A DNA stretch of 64,000 nt, taken from Phoronis australis (taxonomy: Eukaryota; Animalia; Phoronida). Under the pieces are notes generated by a model. That model was not told where the DNA came from. It did not search any database and worked only from the letters and a program-made list of their open reading frames with translations. This document shows positions 48,201-60,200 of this stretch, piece after piece (position 1 is the first letter of the stretch; every line of letters starts with the position of its first letter). Both the position numbers and the translations under genes were made by a program. Where the stretch lies: the NCBI GenBank assembly GCA_002633005.1, contig NMRA01000225.1, positions 423,218 through 487,217 of the forward strand. The letters run 5' to 3'.

Positions 48201-51200
48201 CAGTATGCTGAAGAGAAGGTGAGCAAGGCTTAAAATGGGGTTACTGGTAATGGAATGGTGATTGATGGTGCTTATTTTTGGTTGAGCATGGTAAAATCTC
48301 ACCAGTGTAGGACAGAATATGCCTGAAGTTATGTTATGTCATTTTCTCCGTCAACGATATGTAACACAAGATGAACGTTTTTCAATGTTCAGTTTGTGTA
48401 CCAATGTTCAGTTTGTGTACCATAGCTGCCAACTGACGATGTTTTGATTGATTCTGAGCACGCACAACAATGTTAGAAACCTTTGAAAATGAAAACAGGG
48501 CAATCTTAACAATTATTTTTGTCCAATATGAACAGAAGCGACGGTCACATTTGTGTCGTTTGTGGGTGCACAGTTGCTATATAAAAGATTGTCTTGGTAA
48601 TATGGTGCTGTGTAACTTAGCAAGCATTGAATGTGTCTAGTAGTTGCAAAATACAGTGTAATGCGTTGTGCCAGTAGTATTCACAATGTAGTTAATATAT
48701 AAATACTATTTCACACATCTCATTGGAATTGTTCTGGTTTCTGTTGTCATTCCCGTTTTAGTACCAGTTACGTTTTCTCACCTATAGGTGGAGCTACCCT
48801 CTGTTACCGCCACTGATGACTTGGCCAGCTTACCTCACATATCAGAACAACTGATTTTGACTGAGCTTCACAAACGGTACACAGACCATCAGATCTATGT
48901 GAGTATTATGCCCATCTTTACTCCAGTGCAGCGTCACATGGATACTAAATAAACTTTGCCTGTAAGACTATTAAATTACTAATTCTTCTTTACGCACATG
49001 TAATTTTAATTAGTTATAGCTCCATTTGGCTTTTCATAACAACCGTGTTCTCTTGATAAAGAGACCTATCTTGTGGTTTGAGATGCTCTTTCTGAGATAT
49101 CTGTTTGTGAGAATGAAAACAGGGTTAAATTATCGGTGTGAAGAATTATGGTTGACATTGATACTTTTCCTTCCAGACATATGTTGGAGATATTCTTATC
49201 AGCGTCAATCCTTTCCAAGAACTTCCGATTTATTCTGGAGCGGTGAGTTGGTTGTGACAGCGTTCGATTGTGTTAGCGACCTGGGAAAAATTTCAAGTCG
49301 CCACGAAGTCGCCACTGCGGGTACCAAAGTCAGTTAATTCCCCCTAGATTCCTTTCTAAGTTGTGTTGACTTCCAAACTTTAAATAACCAACAGTTTCCT
49401 AGATTCATTACCTTTGATTCACAATTGTTCTGTTTATTGCGTGAAATCAGTGCATTTGCAACCACAACAGTCAGCACACATCAAACACACGCTTAAATTA
49501 CAACACGAAGTAAACAGACAGAAGTCCTAATTGTTTAGCAAAATCGGGTAAGATTGGGGAAGTATTTGGGTGTCTGCATTCTATGTTCGTTTGCTGGCGG
49601 GAGGAATTGAGTTAGAGCTGTAGTTTTACAGGGAGATTTTAGTTGACGACCTGGGATTTTCAGTTTTGCCAAACACAGATTTCGTTTGGCAATCTGGGAT
49701 TATTGTCAGGTTGCCAAATGTGACTTGGTGTTAAGCTATGCGAGGATTGCTGTAGTGAATTTTTGACAAACAAATTTTCAAGATTCTGTTGTGTTTGGAG
49801 CCTGCAGACATGTCTGGTCAATGACGTAGTTGATACCAATTAATGCCAACTGGGTTTATCATTAATGATTTTCTCGCTTTAATGCAACAATGTCAGTCTC
49901 TGCTTGAAGTGTTAGTTCTTGTCAAGTCTGGAAATCATTTACCCGTGTAAGGTACCATCTCAGATAAGCATGAGTTGATTGGCCATTTGTGTGCTATTAT
50001 CTGCCCATAGGTATCACACAAGTATCACAGCAACCACGATGCATTGCCGCCTCACATATTTGCTGTAGCTGACAAGTGTTACCGTGCTGTGGCCAGACAG
50101 CAACTGTCACAGTGCTGTGTGATATCAGGGGAAAGTGGGGCTGGTAAGACAGAGGCTTGCAAGTATCTCGTACGCCATCTGTTGAGTGTAACACAGAGTG
50201 AGGAGAACAGATTGAATGATCGTATTCAACAAGTGAGTTGTATTTTCATTCATAGCTCAAATTATGTCATTTGATATTACATTTTTCGATTAATATTTGT
50301 TTGAGATTGCTTCATGCAGTTCAGTGGCATTCACATGTCTTATGGGGTGTGACCTCACCTTACTGATTATTGGACTGTCTGGACCTCTATTGGCATTATT
50401 TGAACAGTGGAATACCCAGATAATCCTCCACAGTGCCAAGGGAATACGCAGAGTCTGCAGTATTCACTGTTAATTCATTTCTGGGCATGACAATGAAGTC
50501 ACAATTGGATGCAAAACAAACTTAAAGTCCTGGCAAATAACCTCATTCACAAGTCTGCATATTTAGACAAATATCTATAAAGCCTATTGATTTAACTCAC
50601 TAGTAGATCTGAATGTAGAAAGACAGATCCAATCTGCCATGATTTGGGTCACGTGTCCTTCAAATTTAGCTTAAAAGTACCTGAAAGCAAAACAATGCCA
50701 CCATTAAATAAAATATGGTCAGATTTCAATTATTTTATGGAAATGCTTAAGAACAAATCTCAAAATCTCTGTTTTCTAACATATTTCTTTGTTTTCATTT
50801 TATGCAACTTTTGGGTTTTCTATGAAAACATCAAAAGTCTTGGTCATGAAAAAGTGGAACATTTAAAACAAAAAATCCTAACACGGTGTTTTGAGGAAAA
50901 ATGCATAGCGCATAGTGTCTGTAAGTTTTATTTGAATCTGATCAGTCATTTTTGAGATGTTCTAAAGTTAGCCAGATTCGGGCAGTTTGCTTCAGTTTTA
51001 CAGAACCTTAATGTGCCTACTATAGAATATGCTAAGGTGACAACTTTATGCAGGTAACATTATGTTTCTGTAAATATGTGTGTAAATCTTAAACCAGCGT
51101 GTAAATATAGATCACAAACATTTTTCAGTCTGGTTTGCATGCCACCTGTTGGCCACATTATTCGTTAGGTTACGTGATATGGCCAATAGGTGACATGCAG

Positions 51201-54200
51201 ACCTGTCTGAAAAACATTTGTGATTATCTGTGTGTATTGACACAAACCGGCAAACAAATCACTCACCTTCTTAAGCTACTAAATTTCACATCTCTTTTGT
51301 ATGTAGGTCAACCCATTGCTGGAGGCTTTTGGCAATGCCCAGACAATCATGAACGACAACTCCAGTCGTTTTGGAAAGTATCTCGAATTACTGCTGAATG
51401 ATGAAGGCTACGTGCTGGGAGGTAGGCGTGTTTGTGGAGTTTTATCCCTTTTGGCATTTATTGAAAGCCTTCATGGCATAGCATGGTCCAGATAATGTTG
51501 TATAAGTCGCAATCACAACCTTTTGGCAGGTTGTTGACGATGTTGTAAACACCACCAAATTGCAGGCTTCTTATGGACAAATTATGTCTTCTGTCAATTT
51601 GGGTCTATTGACTACGACTTATTTTGCATTATTTTTATGCACCCATATACGTATATGTGGGCCATAATTATAATGGATTTTAATTGCAAATTGTATGAGA
51701 ATGTTTTGGTTGTCTGTTAGCATTTGGCTTCTACTCAAAATTCTCTTCTACTTAGCTTAAGTCTGATCTTATTAAAAGAATAAAAAACAATCATTAACCA
51801 ACTGCTTTTACTGTCCAAGCGCCTGCTTATCCTCAATTTACCTTATGCCAAGACCAGCTTTATTTGTTCTTGCGTTTAGCCAAGATCATTCAATCCAAAA
51901 AAGTTCGTTTAGCCACATGCCTATCAATAAGATTTCTGTCAGAGAGCTTCTCTGTATTTAGACACATCTGCTTGCGTCTATCCAAGAATGCTGCGTAAAA
52001 GCTAGAAAGAGATTGAAGTTTTGTATGTTTAGACGTGTCTTCTTGTGTTTAGTCAAGGTCACCTTGTATGTACTAGTCGAAGAGATTGTTTGGACAATTA
52101 TGTCTTACCGTATTTATCAAAGAACACGTTGAGTACTTACTAGTCTAAGAGAAGTAGTTCTTTATCTTTAAAAAATCATATTTACTTGACAGTATTTATC
52201 CAAGAACGTTGAGTACCTACTTCGTGACCGAGAGAAAATTTAAATTGTGTCTCCGCAATTTTAGCCAAGATCTCTGAGTATCTACTAGAGAAGTTCCGCG
52301 TCGTATACCAGGCTAGGGGCGAGAGTAACTTCCACATCTTCTATCTACTGTTTAGCGGCCTGTCTCCAGACGAGAAGCAGACCTACGGGCTGGAGACAGT
52401 CTCCAAGCACAGGTATACAATTTTGGCATATTTTGATCAGTGTAACGCACGTAAGAATCTCTTTGCCAGTGCCATCTGTGCATCAGTTACAGGTGTATGT
52501 ATGTGAAGGCTGGCATTCTAGTGTGGCAGCTCGGTTTGTCCTGGTGTGTTTGACCTGTTGTAATGTTATATATTTCACGAGACTGTGGTATTATTCACAG
52601 GTATGTGTTTAGACTAAGGTTCTAGTGTGGCAGCTCAGTTTGTCCTGGTGTGTTTGACCTGTTGTAATATTATAAATTTCACGAGACTGTGGTATTATTC
52701 ACAGGTATGTGTTTAGACTAAGGTTCTAGTGTGGCAGCTCGGTTTGTCCTGGTGTGTTTGACCTGTTGTAATATTATAAATTTCACGAGACTGCGGTATT
52801 ATTCACAGGTATGTGTTTAGACTAAGGTTCTAGTGTGGCAGCTCGGTTTGTCCTGGTGTGTTTGACCTGTTGTAATATAAATTTCACGAGACTGTGGTAT
52901 TATTCACAGGTATGTGTTTTGACTAAGATTCTAGTGTGACAGCTCAGTTAATACTGACGTGGCAAGCTCCTGCAGTACCGTATTACAACTTCCGTGGCAA
53001 TCTCCTGTGTAACATCAAGCAGTTTGTAAGCAAAAATTTCTGTCTGCTGCGCTTGATGTGATTAGGAAAAGAGTGCATACCACGCCACTGTGCATTTTAC
53101 TTCATACATGAGGAAATGAGCCAGGGCAAATTTCCTCGATGTTTTTATAACGTTACGTTTATTTCGAGATCATTTTATCACGCATCTTCAAAATGACGAA
53201 ATGAATTCAATTATATTCCAGTGGACATGATACTTCTGTTGTGCCATTGGAGGTGTTGTTATTGTCGCACATAATTTGTCCTTGTTAGTTGCATTAATAT
53301 GAGGCCAGCCCGTCTGACCCATGCCTTTCTATCACAGATTTCTCCGTGGATTCGGTATCGATGCTCAACAAATACTCAAAGTGCAAAATGAAGCAAAGTT
53401 CAGACTTCTCATGGACTGTTTGCGATTTGTTGGATTTTCTTCCAGTGTGAGTAAATAGAATGTTCTCTCAGTGGAAGTGAAAACTAAGGAACTTACTGTA
53501 TATACATATTTCAGTTTAGTGGAATGGGTGTAACACCTTGCTTACTTGATCATGTGTAAGATCAATGCTAAATGGCTATCGTATTGTGTAGACAATGCTG
53601 TATATTTTCATTTATTTTAAATTTTGTACATCTATTGGCACTGCCCATTATCTAGAAGAATAGAAACTTAATGCTGTTTTCCTGTGAAAACTAATGTGCA
53701 AGATTTACTTTAAAAAACGAGGTATTTTACCTTGTTGAAGCCTACTCTGTTCCACTATGCATGACCTTGAAATGTTCCAGCAATAGCGTTTTTCAAAATA
53801 TGTAACAGTTCCATGTTTTCACCGAATTACCATGGCGAGCAATTTTCTGACTTGATATTCATTCTTCAAGATCCGGAACACATAATTTTTTGGAAATTTA
53901 CACTTGAGCTCGCTGGACAGATGGTATTCTTACAAGACCACGAAATTAGCATATTGAGTGAATTAATTTTACTTTTGCCATACCTTGAACTTACTAGAAC
54001 ATGCACTGATGATTTATATTTCGTTTACTACAGCAAGAATTTAAAAACATGTTCAGCATCTTATTTGCTCTTGCAAGATGTTGAACACATGTTCATTGTG
54101 ACAACAACTCTTGCAAAATTTTGAACACATGCTCAACGTGAGATCTTCTCTTGCAGGATCTTGAACACATGTTCCGCATGCTCTCTGCTGTCCTCCATCT

Positions 54201-57200
54201 TGGTGACATTCAGTTCACAGCTGTAGGCAACAACGAAGCAGCACAGATCACTAACACAGAGACACTCAGGAAGGGTGAGTTTCTCATTACAAAACCAATA
54301 CTAGTCCCCATATATTAACCATCAGAGTAGTGATGGTCAGTTTTTGTAAACAAATAAACAGTCCCTACCATTGCCTGAACTGTTGATATCCGGTATTGAC
54401 CAAAGCATAATGGCCCAGTTGCAGTTTGGCTCTCGCACATTAATGTTTTTCCCATACAGCTCAACATAACATACTAACGTTTCTCTTGATTCGTTTTTCA
54501 AATTTTTGTGCTTATAATTGGATAGTACATTATTTAGGAACAATAAGTCATATAATTTTGTTCTTGCCACTGGTGAAATCATTCTGTTTTTGACCAAGCC
54601 TTCGTCATGGCTGTTTCTTCATGGATTAGTGTTGGGCATTACAGTTTCTGACCTTCTCCAAGTACCGTGTGAAGAGCTAAGCTCGGCCCTGGAGTCCGAG
54701 GTAACTATAACACGTGGCGAACAGATCTTGAAGCAGCGGAGTCTACTGCAGGCAGGTGACTGTCGCGATGGGTTGGCTAAAGACTTGTACAGGAGACTGT
54801 TCAGCTGGATTGTAAATGGAGTCAACCAGTTACTTCAACCTTATGAGGGCAGGTAGGGCTTCACTGATTGGCTGATGGGTATGGTGGTTTTCGAGGAGTC
54901 TCTTTGATATGTTATGTGCGTTGTGAATGGAAGGGTACTAAATTGCCTGCCAGTAGGTATTTTGTTTGTTGCAGTAAAGTGTGCTGACCTGTGGCAGATG
55001 GGTGTAGTCTGGGTAATCGTGCTGTGTAGTTCCGTGTATTGTTTGTCTTGTACTGATATTTATCAGAATTACTGTAGGTAGCATGTTGAATGGAATGCAT
55101 ATACAAAGCTAATAGCCACATCTTGAAGTCCGTCTGTGAGCTCTAAGAATCGTAGAATCTACCCAGGCACTGCAGTTGCATGGTGTCTTGCAGACACTTT
55201 TTGAACCTTGTTTCCGTGGCTTCATATGTCGCTCTGTGACTTTTTTTACTTTCATGCAAATTTAATAACTAAAATAATGCTCTTCTTTCTAATCCCAAGG
55301 GAAAGTTATACCTATTCTGTGGGCTACAATACAGGTGCTTTGAAATTGACAAAATTCCCGCTCTTGAATACATATTTTATTACTGCTTTTGTTTGATAAT
55401 ACTTTCTTACCTCACAACCTAGAAGAGTGATAGGATCTGGCTATTAGAACTGGCATGTGGTGTTAGTTCTTGTAGTATTCAAATTGATTACTTCACTATC
55501 AACAATTACATTGTTGTAACTGGTTATCAGTGGTGGAATGTAAGAGGACTGCACTTTGAAGGTCGTAATGTTCACTTGTTCACATACAGCATGTTTTGCA
55601 CACAATGTTTCTCATAGCTGTTAAATGCATGGCATCAATTTATCATGTGCAGCAGTCTTGATCGCAATGTCATGCAGTCCTCCTACCTGTTGCCACATTT
55701 TGGACATGTTCTCAAGTTCAACTTTCATTTGCAGTAAAAATTTGGTTGTACACTCAGTCACTTGTTTCTTGGAAATTTCGTTCTCTTTAGTTGCAGTTTG
55801 TTCAGTCTTTCAGTTTTGTTCATTTTTGCTGTTCTGTGTGTTTGTTTTTGTTGCTTTTGCATGACACTCATTTGCATGTTCTGCTTGTCTAGCACGCCCT
55901 CTATGGAGATCGGGGTACTGGATATTTTTGGGTTTGAACATTTCCAAAAGAACAGCTTGGAACAGGTGATTTTTTACAACTTAGTGGAATGACACATTGA
56001 GTTAACATGACCTTTATTTGAAGCTCGTTGGCACGACATTTGTGAAATCCATTGATTTGATTCATGGTTTGAGGTGGAACCCTTTGTTTTGGTTTTTGTA
56101 GGGCTAGTTAGTGTTCTTAACTGCATATGATAAAATTATGGATCAAATGGAGTTCTTTGCTTGCGTCAATGGAAATATTCACCTCCACTAACTCAGTTTC
56201 TCACATGACCTGGAAAGTATTACGATAGACTGATTAATAACACCGAGTACATATTACTTTGGGTGAATCACAAAGTGGCGCAAAGTAGAAATCCACATGC
56301 TTTACGTTTTATCGTCTCAGTGCAAAACGCTAGTACACAGCAAACAATGCCGGAATTCCAAGAGTATTATTTTATTAGATTCTTACTTGAATGTTTGTTA
56401 CGAAAGCTAAATGTAATTTTAATTACAGTGTTGTAAAATTTAGAATAAAATTATTAACAAAAGGTAACTGGGTTTACTTTCCATTGTGCAGGTGTGTTTT
56501 TTCATGAGTTGCGTCATGTGTTTGAAAGTTTCATACATGTCAAGTTTTTCAGCAAAAAGATCTTTTTTTGAGTTCATGTAAGAAAACAAAATTAATCTCA
56601 CACTCGTGTCAGGTTTATGACATGGACAAAAGCTTTTGAAAACTTCGTCAAAATCTCAAGGCAAGCCATGTCAGAAACCTGAGATGAGTGTAGGATTCTT
56701 AGTTTACAATTTTGGTTTGACGTAATTTGTGCCCTTGAGACTTTAACTTAAAAATTTTGCTAATTGTTACCTGATAGAAATGAAGGAAGTGAGGGTATCT
56801 CTTTTGTGCTTTTTCTAACATGATTTGACCGGTAACCACCTCATCACTGTCTGTATATACCTTGTGTTAAGAAAATATGTTTCTCTTTATTTTAGTACAT
56901 GGCTACATTAAAGAAATGTAAGATGTTTCAAAGTCCGTTTCGTGCATTCAATAACTATTAGACCTATTTTTCATTCCAGTTGTGCATCAATATTGCTAAC
57001 GAGCAACTTCAACATTATTTTAACGAGTTTATCTTCATGAAAGAGCAGCTGGACTGTGAACAAGAGGGAATACCCGTGTCCGATATCTCGTTTGTCAACA
57101 ATCAGGTGTTACTCGACCTGTTCCTTAAGGTAAACTGCTTAAAATTCCGTGACAAAACCCACCCCTATTCATCTATGGTTTAGTGAGCTGTGCAATACAT

Positions 57201-60200
57201 TTTTCACAACTATGGTTCTCATTGTTTTTTCTAAAAGGCATAAAGTTATGTTGGTAACACAGTCTGCACTGTACTGCTGCCATAAAATGAGACTATTTTG
57301 TTAAAATCTTAATTTTTTGTGACACTTTAATTAACCCTGAAAACTAAAAAGTGGTTCTTTTGGCTTTTATTGTGTGGAACACGTAAAGAATTTGTGGAAG
57401 TATTACTCAGGGACTGCCTAAGTGATAAACCTTTTGCATAAGGTGCTCCCCAAATCGAAACTGACTGACTGAGTTCTTTGGGAGGGTTATGATCAGTAAG
57501 ACGAGTGCTGTTGTGTGGTCTTATTAGATGCGCAAGCCTAGTCAGTCTATAGCTCAACAAGCCTAAAGAGGGAAGATTGTACTTGTCAAAGGATGAAAAA
57601 ATCAGACGAGTTGTAATGCATGAGTTTGTCTTTTATTCTGTTATAGGTAACAAATTTTTGTCATTTAAAAACTGGAAAGGCTTAGTGCACCTTTCAATGA
57701 CGGATTCAACTGATATATAACACAGTGTCAAAAGTGACCTGCGCTGCATGTGGTTGTTTACCTCTATCTCATATTATCATCCGTCTCTATCCCATGATCC
57801 CGAAACAAACAGAAGCCAGTCATAAGAGACCAGGACATGTAGTAATTGGCTACTCAAACACCAACTGTTAATTATCGTTCCATGTGAAGAGTTGGGAAAT
57901 GAGATATAGCACTTAACGTGGCCATTCTGTTGCAGGTAGTCTTTGGTTAGAGCTTGCTTTTTCATCCAGGTCATTATGTTATCAGGCCTGGCTTGAACCC
58001 AGCAATATTGGATTACATGTTCTGAACGTTGCTTTAGTCTCTGAGTGGGGAACAGTTTTGGTCAGGTAAATGTGTTTGTAAGTTCACCAAAATGCATGTT
58101 GAGTAAGTATGCAGTAAGTTGTCACAATACAGGTAATCGATTTTCGCTAACTCAATAAATTTTGTTGCTGGCTTCAGAAACATGTGGGTGTTCTGGCTAT
58201 TCTGGATGAAGAGAGCCGATTCCCCAAAGCCACTGACAAGTCTCTGGCTACCAAATTACATAAAGGCCCAGGTAAGTAGTGCTAAAGGAAATGTGAGTTA
58301 CTACTAATCTTGCACCTGGGAACACAGCCCAGATTTGACTATCAAATTGACACCATTTTTTGCCTTTTTTAATGTGAAGTGTATGCATTATTCTTTTGGA
58401 GATCATGGTGTTGTTTGTTAAGCATTGTGTGGTCTACCACCATCATTGTAGACCGTTGTTAAACAGTTAGTAAGACAGTTTTAATATTTGTTAATAACCA
58501 TTACAACTTTTTCTCCTCGTTCTGTTGCCATTCCTGACAAGAGAAGTACAGGCAAAATCTTTCGCCGTTGTTGAGCAGTCCACGTAGCCTATTTTCTGCA
58601 ATCACACACCAGTTATGTCTCCTCTGCTTCAAAAGTTATGTTTGCTGAGCGTAAGATGTGTGTGCAAGACACATGCTCGGTCCCATCGCTCAAATCAACT
58701 GAGCGAAAGTCACAATAGCCTTCCATTTGTCATCTGGTTGTTTCATTAATAAGAGTAGTTTATTTATTGATCTGCCAGTTACTGTCAAGAAAATGGAGAA
58801 CTTTTCCATTTGTTATCATGTGCCATGTTTTATTTTCAGGTCATGCCTTTTCAAGTGTCTACATTGCCCCTAAAGATGGCGGCAAGACATTCATCATCAA
58901 CCACTATGCTGGTCGGGTGCAGTATGATGTCACGGGCTGTCTGGATAAGAACAGAGACACCCTGCCTAATGCGGTGCTGTTCACTATGAAATGTAATTAG
59001 CATTATTGCTTTGTTCTAATCACAATTAAGCAACATTTGTGGCTTAAGAAAGTACATGGTACATGCTCAATTACAATCAAAGGGCCAGTATACACTTACT
59101 AAAAACAAGTCATGTTCTTGAGAATGTCAGACATTTTATGTACAGTGTGAACCTACCTTCCCTCAGCATCATCTCAAAGCAATGAAAAACCCTTTCCATC
59201 TCTGGCTGTGTGACAAAATAAGGCAAAAATCTTGCCTTTGTAAAGAACTTGAAAGGAACGTGCTGTTGAAGCTGGAGGTTAACATTGAGTCTCATTGTTA
59301 ATTGAATTTAACTTATGTTTATATGTAAATATTTGTATGACAGATACCGGACACTAAGTTTGTGACTGGGTTAAAAATTCTCCAGTTTGGGACAGTGAAA
59401 ATTAGTTCTTTTGTCCAAAATTGGACCCTGTACAAAATTTTGAACAATTTTTGCTGCCTCAAATTCAACAATTACAATTTGTTAACAAGTGGTCCTGCTC
59501 CTCAATAGGCACTACGGGGCACATGGAAACTTGTCAGTGAATACTTTTGACGATTTTATAAACTGCCAAATCTGTAATTATGTTGATGCAAAACACAGTG
59601 TCCCAAACTTAAAAAACAAATGGCTAAATTGCCCATTCCTCAATCATAAGAATCAAGAAAATGCAATCATTTTCAGCTTGAATTTCAGTGTCCCAAATTT
59701 TAGAGGCTGTCCCGAACTGGAGAATTTTATTGTAATCCATGCTGTCCGTCACATGTTACTACTATGTCCTCATGACTTAGTTAGTATCACTAACAATGAC
59801 TGTGTTGTTATATTGCAGCCAGTTCCAGTTTGTTGGTTCGTGAGATGTTCCAGGCTCGACTCACCAGAACAGGATCTCTTGCTCCTAGCACTCGTCAACA
59901 AAAGTCACGCAAAATGACGAGCCCCAAGAACGCTTTTGACTTCTTTAAGAAACAGAGAGCATCCAAGAATGAACCAAAGGTGAATGTCAGCCATGCAATT
60001 TGGGATATTTCATCTACGGCAATGCTATTTTCTTTTCAAATACACTGTGGCCGCTGTCAGCTCCTAAATGTCTAGTGACATCACAGTTAGCTGGGTGGTG
60101 TGTAGGCAGCATTTGGAAAAACAATGCTTTTCATTCGAGTGCACCGAAATTGCAAGCACAGTGTCGCTGCGCAAACATCGTTTTTGTTTCGAGCATGGCT

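Noticed and set aside
52517-52949. Possible CRISPR-like array
   Set aside because: Whole units repeat with no unique spacers; eukaryotic intron; no cas genes.
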